DNA from: Podarcis melisellensis
Taxonomy: Eukaryota
Assembly: GCA_964234715.1 (NCBI GenBank)
Contig: OZ174287.1
Reading direction: 5' to 3' (one strand)
DNA: 64,000 bases
The notes below the pieces were generated by a model. The model searched no databases. It saw only the letters and a list, made by a program, of their open reading frames with translations, and had not been told where the DNA came from. Within the stretch, counting starts at the first letter, position 1, and every line of letters begins with the position of its first letter. The position numbers were made by a program, and so were the translations under genes. Of the stretch, positions 13,896 to 26,110 are shown piece by piece.

Positions 13896-14486
13896 CTAAA
13901 AAGGGGGAGAACTGTAATGAGGGGATGATTTAAGAAGAGCATGTAATATCATATACGTGAGAGAAGGCCTCATGGATCTGCATACCTCCCTTGTGCAAGG
14001 GATCGTCTGATGCCCCATTCCACCAGACCACACAAACACCTCCACTATGAACATCTCTTCTCATTTAAATAATCTACAAAATGATAGTTTAAAAATCACA
14101 GGTCAAAGAAAGTAGATTACTACCATATAATTTTTTTGTTCTGATTTCATGATAGTAGAATGGATGCAGCATGCCTTAATAAGTAACAATTGCATGAAGA
14201 CTAGATAATCACATGTCCTATACTAAGGAATTTTGACCTTATGGGTTTATTTCCACACAACAAGGACATCTTATACTTTTGCTAGCTGCTATTGGAATCT
14301 ATTTTCCTTCTATTTTATCTGTTATGCTGCTAACTATCATGTCACATTGTATATCATATTCTTGTGATTTGGATCCTGTTCTAATTTCTGCAACAATGTA
14401 CAATTTGCGGATTATTTAGCATAGCCACAGAAATTTGGGGAGAGGTTTAAAGGATCCCAGACTGATTTAGCCCCATCAGCCTATGC

Positions 14487-14619
14487 CAGGCATAGGCAAA
14501 CTCAGCCCTCCAGATGTTTTGGGACTACAACTCCCATCATCCCTAGCTAACAGGAACAGTGGTCAGGAATGATGGGAATTGTAGTCCCAAACCATCTGGA
14601 GAGCAAAATTTGCCTATGC
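14487..14619. mobile_element. Hairpin hAT-type MITE, right TIR slightly truncated
   Basis: CAGGCATAGGCAAACT left end, TTTGCCTATGC right end; internal arms as in the 23458 copy. Confidence 0.8.
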
Positions 14620-14645
14620 ACATGCAAGAGAAAGCAATGACATAC

Positions 14646-14724
14646 TAAGTTTCCTGTCCATCTCTTCACACCTCCGGACTTCATTGACAAATTTACGCTG
14701 GAACACATTCACATCAGGGTTTAG
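14646..14724 (-). CDS. ATP6V0A1: ATP6V0A1 exon 3 equivalent (79 nt): LNPDVNVFQRKFVNEVRRCEEMDRKL
   Basis: Translation match; CAG acceptor, GTATGT donor. Confidence 0.97.
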
Positions 14725-15425
14725 CTGTCAATAAGAACAAAACATAATTTCTATTACATGTGTGCAGTGACTGAAAACCAGTTGTTGCTCATCTCCAAAC
14801 CTTTCTGTACCATAAACTATATTGGTGTGATGTCACAGAAAGCTCATGAACATTTTAACTGTTCAAAGAAAAAATGCAAAGGATTGCTACCTGATCAATA
14901 AAAGATCTATAAAGAGCCCATTTGTTAGTTCCACCACCCTTAGAAGTTCAGAGAGCAGTGGCAGCACAGGAGAAAGCATTCTCTGCAGCAGCCCCTTTGT
15001 TATAAAACTATCTATCTACAGTGGTACACCTGGCACCTTTACTGTATGATTTCTGTTGTATGCTGCAGACGTACCTCTTTCGCCTGGCTTTTAACATTTG
15101 AGATATCTTTTCAGGACCCCATTCTATTCTTGTGATTGTAATTTGTTTCACACTGTTTCTAATATTTTATTTTTAAATTGCTGTAACCTGTACTAGGACC
15201 TTATGATGGAGACAAGCATGAAATTGAGTACTTGATCATTGTAGGGCACAGAACAATCATTCACAACAAAAGGCAGCAACATTGATAGTTAATACCTTCA
15301 CAGAATCTAAAGATGCTTCAGTTATATCCTAGTATGGGGGGGGGGGGGAATCCTTGAGCATAGGTAAAAGTTGTCACAAACAACAACACAATAAATTGTG
15401 TGGACCAACAGGGCCAGATACATAC

Positions 15426-15542
15426 ATCTCGAAACTGGACCTTCCCAAGTTCTCCCAGTTCACTGACACAGCAATAGGCTGCTTCAGACTGAAGGAAAAG
15501 TTGCGCAAGGGTCATTTCTTCACTCCGGAAGAGCTCCCCCAT
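15426..15542 (-). CDS. ATP6V0A1: ATP6V0A1 first coding exon (exon 2; probably starts at 15587 with 45 nt of 5'UTR): [39 protein letters not shown]
   Basis: Characteristic a1 N-terminus in ORF 15318..15542(-); GTATGT donor at 15425; pyrimidine tract and AAG acceptor at 15590-15588. Confidence 0.98.
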
Positions 15543-16515
15543 AGTGAGAGAGAAGAGCCGGGGAAACTAGGGTGAGAATCCTTTTGCCTTTAAGAGAAAG
15601 AAAAAGGAGGATAAATGTAAGACTCACCAGAAAGGTATCAATTCTGTTATCTACCTTTTGGGGTACATGGAAGGCATATATTGTATATCTCTCTCACGGA
15701 GATTGAAAACTAGGACTGGAACACCTCAAAATGAATTAAGAGAAGAGCATAAAAATTCTGAAAATATTATTTAAGAATTGTAAAAAAGGAAAGCCTATTC
15801 CATGGTGTCTCATTTTTATGCGCCACACACAACTAACCCCTACTATGCAGCACTCAAAAATTCTGTTGCCTCTGAATTTCACCTCTCAGTTCCAGCTAAT
15901 GCTTCATGACCAGCTGCCCATCATGTGGCACCTCTGCAAGCTGCTGCCCCAGAAACACAAGCAGCAGCCTATCAGCTGACAGCCATCTCCAGGGAAAAAC
16001 TGTTACATAGCACTGCAGCAGATTTAGCTGGTCGCATAGGGATTGAGCTTATTTTCACTAAGGGATGGGAGAACATCCGGATGTCATAGTCCACAGGGAT
16101 TATCCAGTGAAAGTAAAGTCTGGTTGGTTTTGCAGTCTCCTCAGTCATGCTGATAAAACAGAAAGTGAACCACTAATGTCAGGCTTGAGACATAAGAAAT
16201 GCCACATCAAAATGATATGGGCTTAATCAGAGTCCAGAAATACTTCAATTTATTAACATATAAATGAAGATTTTTTTAAAAAGTGAATCATTTTTTGTTC
16301 TGCTTGTAAAGTCTTTTTCAAACAGTTGAGGCAAAACACTACGTAAAGATTTATCCATACTTTTGTCTTGCTTGCTACTGATGCTGTAAGCATTTAATGC
16401 ATCAATGATTGGAATGGTGTTGCTACTGTCCACTTGGTTTTTGATCAGTGGACAAAAGAGGGAGGTACTTGGGAAATACATGTGAAAATATAGCTTGCTA
16501 TAATATAGTATAGAT

Positions 16516-16703
16516 CAGAGCTTTCCAAACTGTGTGTCTGTTGCAGTGTGTAGGTGTGTTGTGCAAACGGTCCCCACACTCCAACCAGGGCTGGAAAGGG
16601 GTTAGTTTAATCTCCAGTTTGCTAGTAAAACTGAATTACTGTGTTGTGAAATGATGTATGTCTAAAAAGTGTGTCACCAACATGAAAAGTTTTGAAAGCT
16701 CTG
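16516..16703. mobile_element. Non-autonomous DNA transposon (hAT-like) with 16-bp TIRs
   Basis: CAGAGCTTTCCAAACT ... AGTTTTGAAAGCTCTG (15/16 inverted match); TSD not preserved. Confidence 0.7.
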
Positions 16704-17859
16704 ACATAACTAATTCAATGAAAATAATGCACGGACGCTACTGCTCACTGATGGCTGAGCAGCAAGAGTTAAAAAGCAACACACATTATCCATGCTGAAT
16801 GCTAACAATTACTGAGACTAGGAGCCTTTCCAAAAAATAAACTACAAATTAACTCTGGCATCTTACTCCAATAAGCCACTCAACAAGAGATGGGGGCATT
16901 GCAAGGGCACCACAGCAGCAGTATGACTGAACTTTGAGCTTATCTGCCCAAATGCCTGACAAATTTGTAAGGCCCAACTCCAAGAAAAGTTGCAATTATT
17001 ATTTTATACAAGCTAAGGTGCAGCAACCGAATCAAATGTCATGCTCGATCACATGCTTTCACCTCAGAAGGATAGCATTAATAAAATTAATAAGTGCTGG
17101 ATGACAGGCATCTAAAGAATCCTTAAGACTAGAATCCCCATTTCAATTTATTGTCCCTTGATCTCCCCCACCTCATTTTTTTTTAAAGTGAAATACATTC
17201 CTTCCCCTTTGCAGAACTCTCCATAAAGGAGGAGTTACATTCTTGTAACTGACTTTAATGCATCTACTCGCTGTGTGCCAGAGCCCATGTTCACTCAACC
17301 CCATCAAAACTGGGGCAATTTCTCTTTATTTCACCCCCTTGGTGAGCAGGAATGTGCCTTCCCTCTTCTTATACCTAACACAAAGCCAGGAAGCTGCTGT
17401 CACCCCACATTAAAACATGAACAGCAACCCCCATCCCTCCCCAAAGAGGGAACAGATGAGAAACAGCAGGAGACATCTACTTCTCAGAAACAAATGGGTT
17501 ATTAAATGGCTCCTCCATCACCATCCCATCATCTTATCCATCCAGCGCCGCCTGCCCACAAGAAGGCAACGCCCCAGGTATCACTCCCAGCATGAAACCG
17601 GCCTCCTCCCTACACTCTTAAACGTCTCCACAGGTTCTGGACAGATCCCTCTCCTCCGCCTCCTCCTCTCCAAAGGTACCCATGGGAGAAACCAGCTCGC
17701 CCCCTGGGGCGCCCCTGAAACCCAATGACACCCCCACACATTCAAATATAATACCTTCTGCTTCCCCCTCCCACCAGGGGACCTTGGATTAGGCGACCTA
17801 CCCGCCTAAACTGACCCACCGACACAGCCAGGCTGCCCCTTGTCTCCCCTCACTGGCCC

Positions 17860-18370
17860 TAAGCGGAGTATCACGCGCCCCACAACCGCAGAGGACAGGG
17901 CCGACCCTTCCCCTCCTCCACTAGGCCCCGCGCTCTCCCATGACGCATTGCGCTGCTTCCCCGTATTAACCGCATTTCAACGCCCCCTGCCCCGCCGCCT
18001 CCCCTCCCCCCCCCCCCCGCACCTTGAAAAGGGCTTAGCCGCCGCAGACCTTTAAACGCCTCACCAAAAACAAGCCGCGGCACCTGCTTCGACAAAGCGG
18101 CAACCAACCCGTCCCCCACCAGCTTCCGCTGATGACGCCACTGCGTAAGTTCGCGGCGCCCGCCTTCCCTTCTTCCGCCCGGCCCGGTGACGTTGCTTAG
18201 CAACAGGGCCCGCGCCGGCGTGGTGCGTTCGGGCAAGGTTCGCTGGATTGCCTGCCTTAAGTGGCCGCCATTTTGGCGATCGCTTTCGTAAATCGCGGCG
18301 GCGGCGTGCCATGGCCGGTGACGTCACGCCCTGGGTTTTTTGTGATCGTGGCGGTTCAAAGGGTTCGCCT
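17860..18370. promoter_or_regulatory. CpG-island promoter of ATP6V0A1 with ETS (CGGAAG), RFX X-box GTTGCTTAGCAAC (18192-18204), YY1 GCCGCCATTTTG (18264-18275) and palindromic CRE TGACGTCA (18319-18326)
   Basis: Dense CpG/GC content relative to flanks; motifs read directly. Confidence 0.85.
18065..18145 (-). other. ATP6V0A1: Probable non-coding exon 1 of ATP6V0A1 (TSS approximate)
   Basis: TTG|GTGAGG donor at 18065/18064 inside the CpG island; the first coding exon has an acceptor, so an upstream exon is required. Confidence 0.6.
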
Positions 18371-18444
18371 CAGAAAATGGTTTCTTTCCCCCCCCCCCCC
18401 GCTCCAGTGACTGATGTATCTCGAAGGGTGTGTGCCTGGAAGAA

Positions 18445-18702
18445 CACAAATGGAGTCAAGTTACAAGGAAGGAGATTCCGAGTCAGCATCAGGACGTGCT
18501 TTCTGAGAATAAGAGCTGTTCGACAGTGGAACAGACTCCCACGAGAGATGGTGGACACACACCTTCCTTCCTTCCTTCCTTCATGGGAGGTTTTAAAGCA
18601 GAGGTCGGATGGCTGTCTGTCATGTATGTTCTAGTTGAGATTCCTGCATTGCAGGGAGATAGACTTGCAGTATCCTTCCCAACTTTACAATCCTATGATT
18701 AT
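18445..18702 (+). mobile_element. CR1 LINE 3' fragment
   Basis: Encodes TNGVKLQGRRFR...RAVRQWNRLPREMVD, typical CR1 ORF2 C-terminus, followed by a CR1-type 3' end. Confidence 0.85.
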
Positions 18703-19049
18703 CATTGATTCATAATTATCAGGGCTGTTACCTGATAAGAGATTAGTTGTACTGAGTTTCAGCTGATGAATTAGAGATCCAACCTTTTTTTTTGCATTAA
18801 CTAAGTGGCCAATTCACTAAACATTGCTGTCCTACTAAGTTCTTTATAGCATAAAGAAAAGTAGGTAAGTCCCAAAAACATGTGCATGATTGTAAATCAC
18901 ACTGGGGCTCTGAGGTGGGGGGAGAGGAGAGGGCACAGGAAAACGACTGCCACAGTGTTTAGGGAGATCTGGAGTAATTTCCCTTTGAGGAAAAGCTACA
19001 ATGTTCTGGAGCTTTTTCGGTTTAGAAAATAGCAGATTAGAAGGGTGGC

Positions 19050-19265
19050 TTATGCTGTGGAGAAAGTGTTCAGGGAGAAAATCTCATACTAGAATGTAGA
19101 GTTTTAGCAACAGAATCCAATGAAACCGAGCGGTGGGAGCTTCGGGACAGAGAAAGGCACACTTCTTGACCGCAAGGTATAGTGATTGCTGCTGACTTGG
19201 GTGGTTTTAAAGGGGGGACTGGACAAGCTAAGGCTATACATTGCCTACTAGTCATGATGGCTATA
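19050..19265 (+). mobile_element. Degenerate CR1 3' fragment
   Basis: GGTTTTAAAGGGGGACTGGACAA and TTCGGGACAGAGAAA-like CR1 tail motifs. Confidence 0.55.
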
Positions 19266-19557
19266 TTGCTCCCAGAATTGGAGGCAGTGTTCCACTAAAC
19301 ACCAGTTAATGGGAAGAATTCATATTCTTGTGGATTTCCCATAGGCAGGGCCGGCCCACTCATGAGGCAAGGCAAGGTGACCACGTTATGCAGCAGGATT
19401 CACTGGAGCAGCAGATCCCACTGTTGATCTTTCTCCCCCCTCCTTCCTGCCCTTCTTCTTTATATGGCCCTTCTTCCCTCACTCCTTCCTTGGCAGGGAA
19501 TTTTGGGATCTGCCTTGGGTGCCAAAATGTATTGAGTCAGCCGTGCCCATAGGTCTA

Positions 19558-19787
19558 CAGTGGTTCCTTGGTTCTTGAATGGCTTAGTTGTCAAACAAAT
19601 TGGCTCCCCAACACCGCAAACCCAGAATTAAGTGTTCCAGTTTGCAAATGTTTTTCGGAAGCTGAACATCCGCTTGAATGCAGGAAGCTCCTGCAGCCAA
19701 TCGGAAGTCGCGCCTTGCTTTTCAAACGGTGTTGGGAGTTGAACCGACTCCCGTAATGGATTAGGTTCTAGAACCAAGGTACCACTG
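19558..19787. mobile_element. Tc1/mariner (Tigger/pogo-like) MITE
   Basis: TA|CAGTGGTTCCTTGGTTC ... GAACCAAGGTACCACTG|TA: TIRs with TA TSD. Confidence 0.8.
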
Positions 19788-19895
19788 TATTGGTAGTTTT
19801 ACGATAAGCGAAGAGAGCAATAAACATAAAGCGTTTGGTCTGCTGCAGCAAGTATCTTCCTAATTATAAGTTTAACTCCGTCTCTTGATGCTGTA

Positions 19896-20253
19896 GGGGA
19901 TGGGGGTGGCGCTGTGGGTTAAACCACAGAGCCTAGGACTTGCCGATCAGAAGGTTGGCGGTTTGAATCCCCACAACGGGGTGAGCTCCCATTGCTCAGT
20001 CCCAGCTCCTGCCAACCTAGCAGTTCGAAAGCACGTCAAAGTGCAAGTAGATAAATAGGTACCGCTCCGGTGGGAAGATAAACGACGTTTCTGTGTGCTG
20101 CTCTGGTTTGCCAGAAGCGGCTTAGCCATGCTGGCCACATGACCCGGAAGCTGTACACCGGCTCCCTTGGCCAATAAAGCGAGATGAGCGCCGCAACCCC
20201 AGAGTCGGTCACGACTGGACCTAATGGACTGGACCCTTTACCTTTACCTTTAC
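19896..20253 (+). mobile_element. Full-length Sauria SINE (lacertid-type)
   Basis: tRNA-like head GGTGGCGCTGTGGGTTAAACC, core GTGCAAGTAGATAAATAGGTACC, (ACCTTT)n tail, 12-bp TSD CTTGATGCTGTA at 19884-19895 and 20254-20265. Confidence 0.92.
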
Positions 20254-23200
20254 CTTGATGCTGTACAGTTCAGGTTATAATTCCACCCCCACCGCACCCC
20301 ATTTTGCCACCATGTCCTTCTCCTGGGGAGTCCATACAGGCCCCCAGCCTGAAATAATATTTATATAGCATGGCTCAGATGCAAAGCTATTGCACAATCA
20401 TCTGGTTAGTCTCCTTCATGAAATCTCTTGTTTCCTATGGGGAATTGGGTAACATAGGCCTTGTTAAGGTGCAGGACAGAAATCCCCATAGGAGAAACTG
20501 TGGAAGCTGTAAAAGTGAGGGAAGTCCACAGAGACGGAATGCGATACAGAAAGGAACAAAAGATCCCTTAGTTTTCTGTGCATTTGGAGATGCCTGAAGA
20601 CCTGTAGGCAAAAGGACTTATTTGTGCCGTTAGTAGAATTTATTTTTATTACTCTTTTTGTCCTCATGATTACTTTTGTTCATTGGGGGCACTGTGCCTA
20701 ACAGCAATATAGAGAGGAGAAATTAGTAGGTGCTACCTCTCCAGCCCTTCCTCGTGAGCAAAGTTTTGTAGGTTGAATTTCTGCCTGTCATGTACCTGTA
20801 AAGAGTACAGTATAGAGTTTCTGTCAAGGAAAAGCTTTAAATGTTTTTTTTGTATCTTAGATTTTTATCCAGCTGCTTCCCAGAGGAGTTTATGGCAATA
20901 ATGTGCACTGTGTGTATGTTTCTCCGCAAACCTGTGAAATAGGTTAGGTTGAAAGTATTACGAGGTCTAGATTACTCAATGAGCTTTAGGGTTTAGCAGA
21001 CTTTAAACCCAATTCTCTCCAGACCTAGTTGTATACTTACTACACTACAACCTTTGGAGAGGGAAGATTTTTTATTTTTTTTGGTAACGCTTGCACATTA
21101 AGGCATAAACATCTAAAGTTCTCATCCAACAGTGTTTTGTGGTATGTGTGTTTTTGTAAAAATACTGCAGCCTTCTAATCAGCAATGAGACTTCTAGAGC
21201 TTTTTGTAAACATTCTGTACTTTGACAAACATTTTAAAGTCCATACATCTTCTTCATATAGTGGCTCACGTCCAAAACAGCACAAAACTTTAACCGTTTT
21301 GGAGCATTTCTGAAACAGATGTCATATGAGTAATACGGGCAAATGCCCTTGCTTTGCTCCTGCTTGAAATAGAGACTTTTCATGCAAAACTGACTCATCA
21401 CCCTCAAACACTGGAAACATTTGTTTTTCCTCTGCTCAGGCGTGCCTTGGGAAATATTTTTCTATAAAATGGTCAGCTATTTTCAACATATGGCAAACCC
21501 CCCCCCCCCCAACAAACAGGAGGGGCCATTGTTTCCACTTTATGAACGATGTGTGGGATAACGTGATAAAAATGAAATTGTTCACTTGAGGGTGGGGGAT
21601 GCTGGTCGATTGACTGCCAGCAAATCTCCTGCATAGTTAAGAATGCTCTTGGGTATGGAAGCAGCTCTCCTGGCTCAGGCAGGTTTTAATTGGAGTTTCC
21701 GAGGACTGAATTTGAGACTGCCTGCTTGCAAATGCAACTGAAGTACCCATGAGCTGTGGTCAGGAGGTTGGCGAATGCTGCTGAGTTATCTGGGTACACG
21801 AGGATAGCGACTGAATTTCTAATATGTTCCTCTGCATGCTTGATGAAAGCATTGTGATGGAAAAAACAAAGGCATGCAGACTATGCTTCTCCCTATATCT
21901 CCAACCCTGAATAAGAGTAATCCAGGAAGTTTTGCCAAATGCACCTTGCAAAATGTTGGTGTGTTTGTACGCATGCTTTTCTGTTTGTTTCCAATGTCAT
22001 GCCAATCAGGCAATCTTTATTTGTATACAGCCATAGGTCATTAAAAAGAAAAGCTTGAATTAGACAACTAGCAACAGAGATACATAAATAACCTTCCTAA
22101 AAATATTCATGCGTTATTTTGCGGTTCAAGAAAACAAGGCATCATTGTTAGAAATATTAACAGATTTGCCAAAGAGCAGCAAAATGATCAGCTTATATTC
22201 AGTGACCTTGTTCACATTCGTATCGCAAGAGATGTGACAGTCTGAAAAAAAATGGTGGTGGTGGGGTTTGTTCCACTGTTTCTGGGTCTCCACATCTCAA
22301 GGCCCGGTTACTCAAATAATGCCAACTTATAGGTAACTTATTTGTCTAGTTCTGATACCAAAAACAACTTTTTTTAAAGCTTCTGTTAATCTAGGTGTAC
22401 TTTTTAATGATCTACCTGCATGATTTTATCCAGTAATGGATAAAAATGTGGAAGGATAATAATTCAGGGATAGAGCACATGTTTCACATTCAGAAGGTTC
22501 TAGAGTCGGTCCCTGGCATTTTCAGGTAGGGCTGTCCCTGCCAATTAGTGCAAACAGTATTGAACTAGATGGATCAATAAACTTACCGTACTCTATATTA
22601 GGTGGTATTCTCTGTTCACAAAGGATATATGGAACAATGTTCACCTAAACTGTAGTTAGGCCATGTACACATAACTGCTGATTGATTAAGGCTTGAGAAT
22701 TTTCTATCAATATGTGCCACTGCTTGAAAACACAATTGCATGAGAACAGAAAACTGCCTAATATGAAACTACCTTTACTGAATGATTTTATGCAAGCAGA
22801 TAGTACCATTTGGCAAAGCAAATAGTTTGAATGGTTCTCAATTTTAAACAGGAGCATTTAACAGAAAGATTTTATTTTCTTAGCACTTTAGTCCACAGTT
22901 TTCTACACCTCAGGAGACAATCGTACTCCAAAATTAATGCTGTTGGAGTTTGATCTATTTCTTGAAATGCGGACAACTGCAGCATATGAAAGCTGTTTAT
23001 GTCAACTTCAAGCAAGTAAACGTTCCACTGAGAATTTGAGGGAGGGGGTAATTATCTGGCAATTTCTGTAATTGCAGCCAATAAGGAATGAATGCCAGGC
23101 CTGCCTCCATTCTCAGTACAGCAGCTGGTACACTGCCTGGTAAACATAAGAGCTGTTGGAAATTTATTCTGGATTACGTCTAGAGTACATAGATTCTGTA

Positions 23201-23457
23201 GATGCAACATCTGTAGCATATATATAATAATTGGAACTGTAGTCGATCTCAGAAATCTCAATACTTGAGAGCACCAAATTTATTCCATTTCTTTTTGAAA
23301 AAGCCAGATGCCATGTAAGCAAACCAGCAAGCCCAAATGAAAGCTCAAATTTCTCTCCTGTCAAATGACTGCACACCATATGATTCCCTCAGGCCTCATC
23401 ATTGCCATCCCCATGCAGCAGATTTCAGGGCACTAGATAGTTGAGGAGGCATTGGAT

Positions 23458-23593
23458 CAGGCATAGGCAAACTTCGGTCCTCCAGATGTTTGGGACTACA
23501 ATTCCCATCATCCCTGACCACTGATCCTGTTAGCTAGGGATGATGGGAATTGTAGTCCCAAAAATCTGGAGGGCCAGAGTTTGCCTATGCCTG
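23458..23593. mobile_element. Intact hairpin hAT MITE, 136 bp
   Basis: Perfect 16-bp TIR CAGGCATAGGCAAACT/AGTTTGCCTATGCCTG; perfect 8-bp TSD CATTGGAT (23450-23457, 23594-23601). Confidence 0.92.
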
Positions 23594-24977
23594 CATTGGA
23601 TGCACAATGGAAAAGCACTCTATACAAGATCAGAAGCTCTTCCGTCTTAGTTATGTTTTGGAAAGTATTTATTCCTTGTGAGAGGGTGCAGGAGAAGAGT
23701 GCATACTTGGAGCTACTCAGTCCTACATACCAGAATATTTATAAAGAAAAGGTCACAAGTACTGTATTCAGCAGTTACAACTTGTACAGTAGTTACATTT
23801 TCTGTGGGGGAGTGGGAGCGTTGGCATGGAGTTCTGTAAAACTTCAAGGACCTAGAGGCAGTAATTTCTGCAAATAGCATAACTTCCTCTGACTTTAGTT
23901 ACCATTCCAAAGTGTGTGCGGATCTTTGGTCAGATGCCAGCCATAGGTGAGGTGCATCATTCTGCTGAGATGTGCAGCAGAAACATTGATTCTGAAGTTC
24001 TTTGCTTTGAACATGGTGCCTGGGGTGTTTTGTCCAGATTTAAAATCAAACGAGGCTGTGTTGAAATATTCCCCAGTAGGGTTGTTCTCACCATTGCGGT
24101 GGCCAGAGGACTGACCTATGCTAGGGTTTGTTGACAGCAGCAGTTCATTCTCTCTAATATCCATTGTGGAGCTGGGATGCAGACCTGGAGCCAGATGTGC
24201 AGTGGGTAGGTGCTTGCTATATTGTACTTATGCTGTCCTGTGCTACACTGACTGTGCACATAGCAGTTTACATAAGGGAACCCAGCAGGCTTCATAGCAG
24301 CTGACTAAGGATGTGAACTTTGGATTCCCCACATCCAGGCCCTATGCTGTGGCACTGCACTGCCACCAGCTCTCACATTTTGTTGTCTCCTAAGGAGAGG
24401 CTAAGGTGCAGAACACCAAGATATGTAGATAGGACAAAAAAACCCCCAGCTTTTTCAGACTCACTTGCAAAACCGCTAATATTGTTATTTTGCTTCACAC
24501 TGGGAGACTATTACTGTATATGCTAGAAGATAGGTCTTTCCCCATGAAAGGGCCTACCCCTTTCTTGATTATTTGGAACAGACATTGGTATTTTCTTCCC
24601 TTTGGTTATACCACAGAAAGGCAAAATTAGAAGCTGATGCCAGGAAGTGTCGCCCTTTCGTCAAGCCTATCGCATGTGCCTACTGCTGTTCCTTAAAAAA
24701 AAAATTACTTTGCTGATATATTTTTATTATTTTATTTTATGCCCCTTCGGAGGCTTTTGCCAAAAGGCAAACTGTCTCAAACTTTATGGAACAAAGGTGG
24801 TTTATGAATGTAATTAATACATAATAATCTACATTTAAAAATAAAAACAGGGCCTGTCGCCTTCATTGACTGCACCAGAAAACAGCCAGAATCATCCTCA
24901 GATAGGCCCTTTGCATCAGATTCACAATCAGGATTTGATTTTTCACACTGCATAATATCACAACTGTTGCTTATGGG

Positions 24978-25230
24978 CATGGGTAGGCAAACTAAGGCCC
25001 GGGGGCCAGAACCGGCCCAATCGCCTTCTAAATCCGGCCCACGGGCGGTCTGGGAATCGGCTGTTTTTACATGAGTAGACTGTGTGCTTTTATTTAAAAT
25101 GCATCTCTGGGTTATTTGTGGGGCATAGGAATTAGTTCATTCCCACCCCCCAAAAAAATATAGTCCAGCCCCCCATGAGGTCTGAAGGACAGTGGACCGG
25201 CCCCCTGCTGAAAAAGTTTGCTGACCCCTG
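24978..25230. mobile_element. Non-autonomous hAT (Charlie-like) element
   Basis: TIR-like ends CATGGGTAGGCAAACT / AGTTTGCTGACCCCTG; perfect 8-bp TSD CTTATGGG; second copy at 60613. Confidence 0.88.
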
Positions 25231-25679
25231 CTTATGGGCATGGTTGCCACCTGCAGCAGATAGTGTTCTCATGATCTTCCCTTGCCTACTCCCTCCGCAT
25301 TATATACCAAATAACTCTCCTTTTAATTCAGATTGGGTTTCTGAAGTGCATCTGAGCTGAATGTGCCTGCTCTTGCGATCACATCTCTGCAGTATAAATG
25401 TGCTCACTAACACAGCCAGTTGCGCTTGGTGAGTGATCCAAGCCACACGTGCCCTAAACTGTCACTCTGTGACTTTAAAAGGAAACGCTCCACTTTGTGC
25501 AGGCCTGGGTGAAGGCAGGGATCCCTTTGGGTTTGTCCCAGCCACACTTAAACATTTGCAGTTCTGTTCAGGGCTGTCAGTTTCTCATTAGCAGCTTTGC
25601 ACAGAGCTTGTTTTGTTTTGTCCCCTGCCGCCACCGCCCTGGATTCCCCAGAAATCTTGCTAGGAATCCCTGCCTTCGT

Positions 25680-26110
25680 CCTGTCTATTAAAATCAGAGG
25701 CTGTTGAAGTTTGGAGCGCTGCATTCCTCTGCGAGTGAGCGAGCGAGCGAGCGAACCCTGCCTGTGCTCGCATGCTAAAGCCGTTGCCTCCTCTCCAACT
25801 ATTTTAATCATTTCAGAAAAAAAGGGGTGGGTCTGCCAGGCATTTGGCAAGAGGCTCCTTTCCTCCAGTTGAGGTGGAGTCAGCCAATGGCCTGGAAGCT
25901 TGGAAAATTTTGCAGGACAGTTTCTCCGGACAGCTTTGCAAGGGTTGTGCCATTTCAATTGAAGCACACATCCACACACTGCGCTCTTGGCTTCTGGCTC
26001 GCCTCCCAGATCTGAGAGATCTCAGATTCAGCCTCGCCTTCTCTCTCTCTCTCTTGTCCCTGCAGTGTCAAACTTCTCCAGGCTCTGCTAGTCAGGACTC
26101 CTGAGCAACC
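25680..26110 (+). promoter_or_regulatory. CAVIN1 proximal promoter/5'UTR region with MCAT/TEAD-like CATTCCT (25722-25728) and CCAAT (25884-25888)
   Basis: Immediately upstream of the CAVIN1 ATG (Kozak ACCATGG); motifs read directly; TSS not determinable. Confidence 0.5.

Noticed and set aside
18318-18327. GTGACGTCAC as a TFEB CLEAR element
   Set aside because: CLEAR is GTCACGTGAC (E-box core CACGTG); this is a CRE palindrome
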